Below are positions 10,822 through 18,942 of a DNA stretch of 21,330 bases, in pieces. The DNA lies in NCBI GenBank assembly GCA_018985225.1, contig JADGIF010000094.1, forward strand, positions 1-21,330, written 5' to 3'. The notes beneath the pieces were generated by a model that worked only from the letters and a program-made list of their open reading frames with translations, did no database searches and was not told the DNA's origin. How positions within the stretch are numbered: position 1 is the first letter of the stretch; each line of letters starts with the position of its first letter. A program made the position numbers and the translations under genes. The DNA comes from Amoeboradix gromovi X-113 (taxonomy: Eukaryota; Fungi; Sanchytriomycota).

Positions 10822-11109
10822 CTAGCAATTCAAATAATCAGCACACACTAAGACTTCTGGTGATATCGATGGGTCAAAATTAAATCTGTTAGCTTCCTCC
10901 GGATTGTCTTTATACTTGTGTTTAAAGTTTAAATATTCTACCACTACTTGAATTACTTCTGATCTAAAATCTTCCAATTCGATTTCTAATGTTTTACTTT
11001 CCATGAATAAATCATTTGACAGAATTTGATCCAGAGTCTTTGATTCCTTAGCTATTTCAATTGGCAACACTATGTCCACACCGTCTTTACACCTGAGAGT
11101 CACATTCAT
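10822..11109 (-). CDS. ELC1: Elongin C (Skp1/BTB-POZ family)
   Basis: 95 aa: VTLRCKDG...AKESKTL...FMES...IELEDFRSEVIQVVVEYLNFKHKY...EVLVCADYLNC, the typical Elongin C C-terminus. Confidence 0.92.
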   Translation of the reverse strand: MNVTLRCKDGVDIVLPIEIAKESKTLDQILSNDLFMESKTLEIELEDFRSEVIQVVVEYLNFKHKYKDNPEEANRFNFDPSISPEVLVCADYLNC

Positions 11110-11339
11110 TGTTAAAACAAGTGGGACTTGCTTAATGAAAAGAAGACTTTGGAGTAAAAGGAGATGACAAGAAGAAAATACGAGTTTTACATGACTAAAA
11201 CCCCATTAAAACGTGTTTAAACCGTTGAAGATTTATAATGTCAAATGTTTTGAAATTGCATTTGCAAAATAATAATAAATTCTTCGGCCCAAAATAAAGT
11301 TGTGCAACTCTCCTGCCACACCTGGTATGGAAGCCAAGC

Positions 11340-11715
11340 GCTTATTTCAGTATTAAAAGTATCCTCAGGAGCACCATCAATAATGAAGCGACTATTGAGA
11401 AGCTCACTGAAGCAGCTCTACTCACAAACAGAATCATGACTCACAGTTTGAACCTCCTGAAGCTACAGTTGCTCCATTACCCTGAAGCTAGAGATGCTCT
11501 ATCCGCCAACAACGAGCTTAGATAAAAGCAATCAAAGCTGATAAAGATACCTCAGAGCACAATAATCAAAAATTAGCTTTGTGTCGCGAGCTTCGCAAGG
11601 TGAAGAATAGCATCCTCGGTATTAACGACAAAAGACATCAGACGTGCAGTGCCCTGTCTGGATCGATACTGAAAGGGTCAAGATCATGCCGCACTCAAAT
11701 GCTTGTTACCAACTC
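11340..11715 (+). pseudogene. Decayed Fanzor1-like gene, N-terminal region
   Basis: Segments in shifting frames: AYFSIKSILRSTINNEATIEKLTEAALLTNRIMTHSLNLLKLQLLHY; KLALCRELRKVKNSILGI; VWIDTERVKIMPHSNACYQL. Order and pattern resemble the N-terminal half of Fanzor1 proteins as I recall them (LKSIL...NKIVIHTLQFLKLYLL; LCxxLRKIKxDIL; WIxxxxxxIxP...YYDL). Contains a stop, a frameshift and an apparent internal deletion. Confidence 0.6.
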
Positions 11716-11817
11716 CTCGTTAAAAGTCCAGATTTCCGAGAAAATTGAGAATTTCCACAGAGAAACTAATGCTAGATGCTCCGTTACAGTGATCGCTCAC
11801 GCTTTCACTACCCTGAG
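11716..11817 (-). ncRNA. Candidate omegaRNA scaffold of the Fanzor2-like element (copy A)
   Basis: Lies directly 3' of the RuvC-III motif and is conserved in copies B and C. Stems: TAGTGA/TCACTG enclosing GC-GTGA-GC, GTTTC/GAAAT, CTCG/CGAG. Homology ends sharply at the element end. Confidence 0.65.
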
Positions 11818-12142
11818 ACGGGATTAAATAAGGATACATGTATTTGATGTATATGTTCCTTGCTGCCATATGGTCTCTATCTATCTTCAAATGACAATTT
11901 GTACAGGTTCAGGTTTCTAAATTGGTTTTCTTTAGAATACCACACCTTGTACATGTCTGACTAGTAAATGATTCATTGCATTCGACCATCGTCTTTCCTC
12001 TTTGCTTATACTTGAACTTCAAGCGTTCCTTGAATGCGTAATGGGACATTGTAGCCATGTTTCCTGCGACCTTGCTCGACAAGCTACTTAGCATCTGGCT
12101 CGTATTGAACGAGGGTAAGTATATCAGATCATATGTCTTTGT
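11720..12142 (-). pseudogene. Fanzor2/TnpB C-terminal fragment (RuvC-II region, zinc finger, RuvC-III) with an in-frame TGA
   Basis: TKTYDLIYLPSFNTSQML...SHYAFKERLKFK...VECNESFTSQTCTRCG...LET*TCTNCHLKIDRDHMAARNIY. Shows CxxC...CxxC, DRDxxAARNI, and the Fanzor-type Glu (NESFTS) just before the zinc finger. RuvC-I is absent. Stop at 11909-11911. Confidence 0.9.
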
Positions 12143-12445
12143 ATGCTGTACCTGTTAGTTATTTCTTTAGAATTGATTTACCATTTGCGAAAAGGAAGAA
12201 TATAAAGTATTTAAGCTATTAGAAAATCTGAAAAAGTCTTGAAATTATACAAAAATGCATACAAATTCGCGATAAATGATTTATTCAAGAAAATTCAATA
12301 GCTGCTGAAAAGGGTCCAGGTTTCGAGATCCTGAATAATCTTCGATTCTAAGGAAATCGGTAATATATACAGAATGCACTCTTCCTCGGAACCTATACGT
12401 TGTCTCTAAACATCAGCAAAGAGATTTCTATACAATTAACATTTT

Positions 12446-12612
12446 ATGGAGATTGCGACCACGTGGCAGCAAGGAACACGTACTTATATGCACCACTATT
12501 TGATACCTTATCAGGGAGTGGAAGCGTGAGACACCGCAGTAACAGAGCTACTGTCTTTGTTAGTTTCCTTTGGAAATTCTTAATTTCCTCGGCAGGAAGG
12601 ACTCTTAACGAG
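12446..12612 (+). mobile_element. 3'-end fragment of the Fanzor2-like element, copy B (RuvC-III remnant plus candidate omegaRNA 12511-12612)
   Basis: DCDHVAARNTY at 12451-12483 (GGCAGCAAGGAACA identical to copy A). TCAGGGAGTGGAAGCGTGAG...TTAGTTTCCTTTGGAAATTCTTAATTTCCTCGG...GGACTCTTAACGAG aligns with copy A in inverted orientation. Confidence 0.85.
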
Positions 12613-12757
12613 AATGAAGTATTAAATGACTCAAGCGCGCATATTTTAACTCAAAGTAACTAGTAATTGAAGGCTAGTTGATGATTCAAATTAGTGCAAG
12701 TCTCACAATAAATTTAATAAGCGCTCGTGGCTTAACCCTTAAGTTTTACAATTTCTT

Positions 12758-14192
12758 ATGAGTCAAATACCAGAGTTTTCAACAACCTTTTCAAAGCAAT
12801 TAAGTGCCTATCTACATAAAGATTTGCCAGATGAGGCTGAAGATCCTTTTTTCGGACTCAAAGATAAATTATATGACTTGGAATCTCAAAAGATATCTGC
12901 TCAAAAACAAATTACTGATCTCGAAGACCAGTTGGCATCATTGAAATTTGAACTTCAAGGCCAATTGAAGTTGAACAACGAAAACAAGAATAGAAGACAA
13001 ATTAAGAGTGATTCTGTATTTGAATTGGAGAACTCAAAGTCAAGACACAGCAGGCTTGAGCAAGTTACCGAGTTGGCTACTGATATGCAAGTCCAATTCG
13101 ACAGCTCATTTAATCAAGGAAATCAAGATTCTGAATCTTTGAATGTGGAAGCTCCATCTACAGAGTTATCCAACAACTATAATAAAATCAACAAGGAATC
13201 TGCTTCTGTTAATCAAAAAGAAGAAAGTGACGTTGACCACTTTGCAAAGAGCATTGACGAGTATTTATACAATACCCATGAAGATATAAATCCCATAAAT
13301 TCCAAAGTATTTGGCTCCACAATACAAATTGAAGAAACCACAAACCCTGAAGACTCTATAATTTCGATGGCTTCTCCGTCTCCAAAACGCTCTGGTCAAA
13401 AGACTGTAAGAATAGCTAAAGAATCCATAGGAATAGAGGCTTCTCCTATGACTAAGTCTTACGGCACAATGACCTCTACACTGGACCCTCCAAATATTTT
13501 GTATCAAACTAATAACCTAAACTACAATAAGACTTCTAATATTTCTACATCTACAGATTATACTGATGCTCGCACGAACAAAAAAAAGAAACCGAAAGAT
13601 TCAAAGCCTTTGAAAGACTTTGTTGACGAGCAAACTCAAATCGAATTTAAAACACCTGTAAAGAATGCAAAATCAGCGGCAGACAAGCCACCATTTTTAA
13701 CAGGTACTACTCCAACTACTTATTCAATAAATGCTATTCTACAGCAAAAAAGAAATCAAAGCAAGTTTTCACCGGCAAAAGTGCCAGAAACATTAACTAG
13801 CTTATCTAGAAAGAATTATAACATTGATGTCAAGCATCCAAAAGAAGAAAACGTTCTGCGACGAGTTATAAACTCTTTGGAGAATGAGCGATTGTTGTTA
13901 GTTAGATATTCTAGGGATGTTACCATGATGAAATTAAGAATATTTAAACCGGGAAAGTTAGCAAAAGCCTCCATTGAACATTTATACTCAGAGTTTAGTA
14001 TGGATTCAGCACCTAATAACCAGAAGCTACTGGAATTAAAATCAAGAATTCGTAGAGTGACGGTACAACCAGCCATGGAACGAATTATACAAAAAGAGTT
14101 TGATTATTTCTTTCAGGTAATTTATATTTACTTAGGCATATGCTGAAAAAGCGCATCAAATTAATCTACTAGAAAACACTTTACATCGCTAG
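12758..14192 (+). CDS. Hypothetical protein (N-terminal coiled coil, S/T/N-rich disordered middle); exons 12758-14116 and 14136-14192
   Basis: 462-aa ORF. A GT..AG intron at 14117-14135 (GTAATTTATATTTACTTAG, 19 nt) would give the C-terminus FFQAYAEKAHQINLLENTLHR*. Unspliced stop is at 14146. Confidence 0.7.
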
Positions 14193-14223
14193 CAATAAGT
14201 CTAAATAAAAATTGTAAATATTC

Positions 14224-14580
14224 TTACTTGTGCTTCAGCCCGTGTATTTTTACTAGCTTAGTAAGTCTCTCATTTTTGAGTCGTTGTGCTCTGGGCTGCT
14301 TAGATTTCTGCATAGATTCTGTATCTTGTCTGATGCTATTCAGGTTTTGAATCTGCATCGCCCTTTTGTCCTCATTTTGACTAAAAGCGTAATAGCCAAC
14401 GCCTAATACTCTATTTGATTCCATTGCGCTGAAGAATTTACATTTTGGAGGTTTATGAGAAGATGCCTTTTGTTTATGAGCTTTGATACTAAGCTTAGAA
14501 TTGTTCGTACTAGACTTAAATCGATGCTCTTTTGACTTGGAATCATTGATTGCGCTTTGAAGTTTAACCAAACTTTCCAT
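14224..14580 (-). CDS. CCDC174-like (DUF4078-type) small protein
   Basis: RVLGVGYYAFSQNEDKRAMQIQNLNSIRQDT resembles the recalled CCDC174 motif RxxGVGFYAFSxDEExRxxQMxxLxxLRxET. Confidence 0.65.
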   Translation of the reverse strand: MESLVKLQSAINDSKSKEHRFKSSTNNSKLSIKAHKQKASSHKPPKCKFFSAMESNRVLGVGYYAFSQNEDKRAMQIQNLNSIRQDTESMQKSKQPRAQRLKNERLTKLVKIHGLKHK

Positions 14581-15037
14581 GGATTGCGTGTTTCACAAAA
14601 TGTCTCATATTGTCTTGAGTTATTTGGTCAGAAACAGATACAAGCACCTGAAAAACTGCATGGAAGAGATTCAAAAAATAAACAACAAAGTGCTTTTAAC
14701 AAGACTGGTGATTAAATCAGAATATGATATGCTATTTAAAAATCAGAAGATAATATTTAGAATGCGGTTGCAAGGTGCTGTGTTTCCGAAAATAGTCTAT
14801 AAGATTGTTGTAGATCGAAGCAATGTGGTGCATTTAAATCCTAGATCTTCTGCAGGATCAAGTAATCATTGGAGAATGTTAAATATGGATCTTTTATTGA
14901 AGAAAAAAACTACCTTAAAGTCGCCAAATGAAGAAATATCCAGAACTGCGTTAAAAAGCAACCTGATGCAATTCGACTTAGAAGTCAATCACTTCTGTAT
15001 AGAAACTTCTATAACAATAAATGATTTATTAAACTAA
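14579..15037 (+). CDS. C11orf65(MFI)/CXorf58-like hypothetical protein
   Basis: FRMRLQGAVFPKIVYKI...NHWR resembles the recalled RFRLGGxxFPPxIxYKI...NxWR motif. True start may be a downstream ATG. Confidence 0.55.
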   Translation: MDCVFHKMSHIVLSYLVRNRYKHLKNCMEEIQKINNKVLLTRLVIKSEYDMLFKNQKIIFRMRLQGAVFPKIVYKIVVDRSNVVHLNPRSSAGSSNHWRMLNMDLLLKKKTTLKSPNEEISRTALKSNLMQFDLEVNHFCIETSITINDLLN

Positions 15038-15044
15038 ACCAGAA

Positions 15045-16059
15045 TTAGTCGCGCTTCTTCTTTTTTTGTTCCATCGAAACTGGCTCTTCTATTCTGACTT
15101 TAACTGCCATAGATTTCATTCCTGATTCCAGAAGTATTCCCGCAAATACAAATGCAACAGCCATCCACTGATATCCTGATATACCATGGTTGAACCAGAA
15201 TACTGATAATAAAATAGAAAATACTTTTCTGGTAACATTGACTGTAACCAGAGTTCTACTTCCAAAATTTTCAAGGGTATGGAATATGAATATTTGGCCA
15301 ACAGCTCCTGCTATGCAGAATAAGAGCACATCTGATAAAATTGCAGGATGCGCCAGAAGCAATCCAAGACCTTCATTCAGCTCCTTTTGCTCATAAATAA
15401 GGTACAATATCATCCATACAGCTGACGACACATTCATGCCAAACATGAGTTGCTTTGAAGTTAGATTTTTGTGTACTACAAATAGATTATCTTGTTTCGA
15501 GTTGGTAAATCCATCTAGGAATAAGTTCAAGAGTACCAAAAATATGCCGAACCACGAATTTGAGCCTTCTTCATTTTCCTTTTGCTTTTTAAATGTCATG
15601 AACAAAGATACCCCCACGGATATCATTACTACACTTAAGTATTGATAAAGTGCAAACTTCCTACCGAAAAATACACGGCTAACGAACATCAAAGGTAGCA
15701 GTTTGCAGCTTTTAGCTAATAAGAATGTCTAAATTAGTCTAATAATACAGGATAGTTGATATACTTTAACGATATGTAACCCACAGGTGAAGCCAAAGAA
15801 GACGACAAAGCAACAAGGAAAAAGTCTTTATAAAACAGTAAAGGCAGTTTATATGCTTTGGTGTACAGCAGTCCTATAATTCCAGCGAATATGGATTGGA
15901 TAAAATTTAAAAGAGTAAAGTGTGAAAATGACGCACCGCCATAAACTTTTGTAGTTAGAGACTCTTGCAGCACTCCCCAGCTTAAAAAGCAAATATAAAT
16001 TCCACTGATCTACGTAAGCCATATGTTACCGAAACTAGAAAATTCAATGACGTAGCCAT
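15045..16059 (-). CDS. HUT1: UDP-galactose transporter homolog (HUT1/SLC35B1, UAA family); exons 16059-16030, 16009-15749, 15728-15045
   Basis: Removing two 20-nt GT..AG introns (16010-16029, 15729-15748) restores MATSLNFLVS|ISGIYICFLSWGVLQE...SLKYINYP|TFLLAKSCKLLPLM...LDGFTNSKQD...GAVGQIFIFHTLENFGS...VNVTRK, joining two ORF-track fragments. Confidence 0.9.
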
Positions 16060-16228
16060 GTTTTAAAATACATTTGGGACATCAAATATAAAAACTAGAC
16101 TAACTTTCTGAAATAGTTTGAATCATTATTTCAAGTGTGTATTAACCGATACATTAAATTAGTCTGACTGGTTCAAAAGTAAATTATTTTAGTGTAAAAG
16201 CTTTTCATCTATCAAAATCTTAGATACA

Positions 16229-16402
16229 ATGATTAATAAGAAGAGAAAACAAAAAATAAGTTATACGAAGAAAAAGAAAAAGAAAGAAAAAGGAACAGAT
16301 AAAGAGTATCGTCTAAGAAAATGCACCTTTTGCTTAGGCATTCAAAGACCTCATATATTTGAAAGAGATAGTGGGTCATTCTGTTTTATTTTAAAGAGGT
16401 GA
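16229..16402 (+). pseudogene. 57-aa collapsed Fanzor1-like mini-ORF inside the TIR element
   Basis: MINKKRKQKISYTKKKKKKEKGTDKEYRLRKCTFCLGIQRPHIFERDSGSFCFILKR*. A basic tract, then RLRKCxxC, then GxxRPxxFxR, resembling the Fanzor1 extreme C-terminus with the intervening NRDxNAAxNI motif missing. Confidence 0.5.
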
Positions 16403-16503
16403 ATGACATTAATGAAAGAAGGACTTTTATTAATAATAGTATTTCCTCCTTATGGAGCACCTACTTTAAAAACGACTTGGTCTAGTTTTTATATTTGGTG
16501 TCC
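16389..16503 (+). ncRNA. Candidate structured RNA (omegaRNA-like) at the right end of the TIR element
   Basis: Outer stem TTTTAAAG(16389-96)/CTTTAAAA(16464-71). Hairpin ATTAATGAAAG(16408-18)/CTTTTATTAAT(16424-34). GAGG/CCTC pairing. The same stems occur in copy 1 with a longer loop. Confidence 0.55.
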
Positions 16504-16534
16504 ATTTACAACAACTGATTTATTCAAAATGATG

Positions 16535-17293
16535 CTAAGTATTCCAGACGGTCTGTCGAAATCGTTCAAACTGATTTTGAAAATGGCAAGTCAACATTAT
16601 TCTAGAATCTACATCTTTTGATCCCCTACATTTTAATAATACATCTGCATAATCAACAGGATCACCAAATGCAATTTCAATTACGCCACCAGCTGTCGGT
16701 ATGCTATTAATGTTTTCTCTAGTGGTCTGGCGTAACGGCATAAGTTTTTCCAATCCCCTGTGAGCAAATGGGATGACTGTAACAGGCTTTTTGCATTCCA
16801 TGACCAGCCTCGATATTCCCCACTTCCATCGTATGCATTGATCGATATTCTGATTCACCTTGCCCTCTGGGTACAAATGTATCCATCCATCATCATTCAA
16901 TTTGTTAACGCAGTGGTCAACTCCCTTTTGCCATATCCCGTGTCCTCTTTTCACGGGTACAACACCACCGGAATTAAAGAAGTATGAATTTACATCAAAC
17001 GTCAATTCCTGGGCACCAGGTACAATTCTCATTTTTTTGGGATCTATAAAGACACTAAATGGTAGTATTCCAAACAGAAGAGGATCATCAAGTGTAGATA
17101 GGTGATTGCTTATAGTTATAGCCGGTCCGTTTCTGTTTAGCACATGTTTTTCTAGTTTTTCATATCCAAATATTTCTACGTTATGGCGTTTTAGTGCTAT
17201 TTTGGACATCAAGCCGACACTTCCAATTACTAATTGAGTACTCACATATCTGAAGGTGCTGGTAGGATGCCAAGGCAAAAACGCGTGAGTCAT
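16535..17293 (-). CDS. TAZ1: Tafazzin (cardiolipin transacylase)
   Basis: ITISNHLSTLDDPLLFG (HxxxxD), VPVKRGHGIWQKGVD, WIHLYPEGKVNQ, RWKWGISRLVME. Confidence 0.93.
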   Translation of the reverse strand: MTHAFLPWHPTSTFRYVSTQLVIGSVGLMSKIALKRHNVEIFGYEKLEKHVLNRNGPAITISNHLSTLDDPLLFGILPFSVFIDPKKMRIVPGAQELTFDVNSYFFNSGGVVPVKRGHGIWQKGVDHCVNKLNDDGWIHLYPEGKVNQNIDQCIRWKWGISRLVMECKKPVTVIPFAHRGLEKLMPLRQTTRENINSIPTAGGVIEIAFGDPVDYADVLLKCRGSKDVDSRIMLTCHFQNQFERFRQTVWNT

Positions 17294-17478
17294 TACAATT
17301 CTACTTGTTTTGAAATGATTAAGCCAATTTTAAAAAGCTCCGTCGCCCATCGAAAACTCAGCTCGACGACACTCAACCGGGACTTTTAACTGCAGATAAA
17401 AATTTACATAAAAGCTTGAGAATTAGCCAAAAAAGTTGGATCTCGTGTATTTAAATAATTACTATTTATTCCAACTAA

Positions 17479-18942
17479 TTAAAAATCCATTTCATCATCT
17501 AGATCGCCTTGCTCAATTTCATTGATTAATTCTCTTTCCTTTTCTCTAGCCTGTTCCATATCCTTCAATGGTTGATCTTCGACTTTGTATCTCATTGCTT
17601 GAACTGCGGCATTATGAATCTGGTGACAGTATGTAATTCTGTCATGATACTGATTGACAGTCTTTTCAAATGAAATTGTTGGATCAAAGAGTGAGGAAGA
17701 GGCACTAGAATTTTTTGGATTTGGTGCTTGCCCAGGTTCTAATATAGGTACGGGCATCTTCATACCTGAATAAACTGTTCCGTTAGTATGATCTACACTT
17801 CCGTTTACAATTCCCTCCTCAATACATTTGCCAACCATGTACTCTAATTCGTGTTCAGTGACATCTACAAGCATTTCTACATTAATAAAACAAATACCAT
17901 CAGTTCTTGAGCTAGACATATTTGTAATCATTATTGCCATGTCTTTCAAACTTATACAGCTGTAAACATTCATAATTGACTTTATAGCAGATTTTCGAAC
18001 GGCTGGCTTCAATCTGAGCATAAAAGAAAATGTATAATCTGATTCAAACACTTGAGTATTTGTTTTTAAAGTTGTAGAGTAAGACTGCATATCTCCAAAT
18101 TTCACAGCTTTACAAATCTCCTTATAAAAGAACAGAGGATTAGATGGCTCATTAACATGTTTAAACAAGCTTTTTTCTGGAACATCACCCATCAGCAAGT
18201 GGCAAGCGATTAAAAGTTTAGTACAGGCTAACAAAAACCCGTTTCTACCAATGGTATGTTTCTTTTTATCGAATTTGAATAGATTTGTGTCTACTGGGTC
18301 ATCCACCTGCATAGCATCACCTGGTGTTGCAGATTCTGCAGCCGCTACACTAGGAATTGGGACTAGTCTCATACTTTCCTGAATCCATTTCAATGCCAAA
18401 GAGGTACTACCAACTGTGCCTAAATACCATGCCCCGTAATAGTAAAATCTAGCTGATAACGTAGAAGGACAGGTGGTAAAACATACAGGGAGGGTCCATT
18501 CACCTTTATTCTTTTTACTGAATTTCTCTAAGAGAGAATATCCAAGCATGGGCTGGCTTCTGTATAACTTCAACAGCAAAACAAGAGACGAAGATTCTGT
18601 AAATGGCTGAGCATTTAATTTCGCATATGTCAAGATGTGATGAATTTGTTTGCTCAAGGTCAAAACATCACTAGGATTAGGTTTTCTGTTCGCAAATATG
18701 CAAGACAACGAGTGCCCTTTTAAAATGTCATGCTTAATCAGAGATATCTTGTCTAAACATTCCTGAACGGTTCCTTTATTTGCATCCCAATGTTTGATAA
18801 GTTCTTGAGCATAATTAACAGTACCAACCTCTATATGACCGTTTGAGGATTGCGGCTTGGTTATCTTTTTTAACTGATCTATTTGATTTTGGTTAATTTC
18901 CATTTGAATAACTTGAAGTGGCGATAGAGTATGCAAACTCAT
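17479..18942 (-). CDS. RPN3: 26S proteasome lid subunit Rpn3 (PSMD3), divergent N-terminus
   Basis: ARFYYY, HLLMGDVPEKSLF, YSCISLKDMA (PCI domain), YHDRITYCHQIHNAAVQAMRY, ARE..REL, acidic DDEMDF end. ATG 18942 is preferred over 19023 (inference). Possible in-frame 21-nt intron at 17877-17897. Confidence 0.9.
   Translation of the reverse strand: MSLHTLSPLQVIQMEINQNQIDQLKKITKPQSSNGHIEVGTVNYAQELIKHWDANKGTVQECLDKISLIKHDILKGHSLSCIFANRKPNPSDVLTLSKQIHHILTYAKLNAQPFTESSSLVLLLKLYRSQPMLGYSLLEKFSKKNKGEWTLPVCFTTCPSTLSARFYYYGAWYLGTVGSTSLALKWIQESMRLVPIPSVAAAESATPGDAMQVDDPVDTNLFKFDKKKHTIGRNGFLLACTKLLIACHLLMGDVPEKSLFKHVNEPSNPLFFYKEICKAVKFGDMQSYSTTLKTNTQVFESDYTFSFMLRLKPAVRKSAIKSIMNVYSCISLKDMAIMITNMSSSRTDGICFINVEMLVDVTEHELEYMVGKCIEEGIVNGSVDHTNGTVYSGMKMPVPILEPGQAPNPKNSSASSSLFDPTISFEKTVNQYHDRITYCHQIHNAAVQAMRYKVEDQPLKDMEQAREKERELINEIEQGDLDDEMDF

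Larger units (their letters stand above)
11715..12296 (-). mobile_element. Non-autonomous Fanzor2/IS607-TnpB-like element, copy A (best preserved)
   Basis: AT-rich left ~150 nt shared with copy C, then a C-terminal nuclease fragment, then the conserved 3' segment ending TTAACGAGG at 11715. No TIRs seen. Left boundary approximate. Confidence 0.85.
16076..16503 (+). mobile_element. Complete 428-bp GGGAC-TIR non-autonomous element (putative Fanzor1 ghost), copy 2
   Basis: Left TIR GGGACATCAAATATAAAAACTAGACTAA (from 16076). Right TIR TTGGTCTAGTTTTTATATTTGGTGTCC (to 16503). ATTT on both flanks (possible target-site duplication). Two further partial copies are in the window. Confidence 0.9.

Noticed and set aside
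11579-11827. 82-aa ORF as a real gene
   Set aside because: Chimeric: a Fanzor1-like remnant reading into the antisense of the copy A 3' end. TTG start.
12400-12663. 87-aa ORF as a real gene
   Set aside because: TTG start. Only DCDHVAARNTY is meaningful; the rest reads through the candidate omegaRNA.
16403-16621. 72-aa ORF
   Set aside because: Runs through the structured right end and TIR and then antisense into TAZ1.
17341-17390. CGTCG/CGACG hairpin and GGACTTTTAAC 11-mer shared with the copy A 3' end
   Set aside because: The match does not extend on either side, so it is too short to call another copy.
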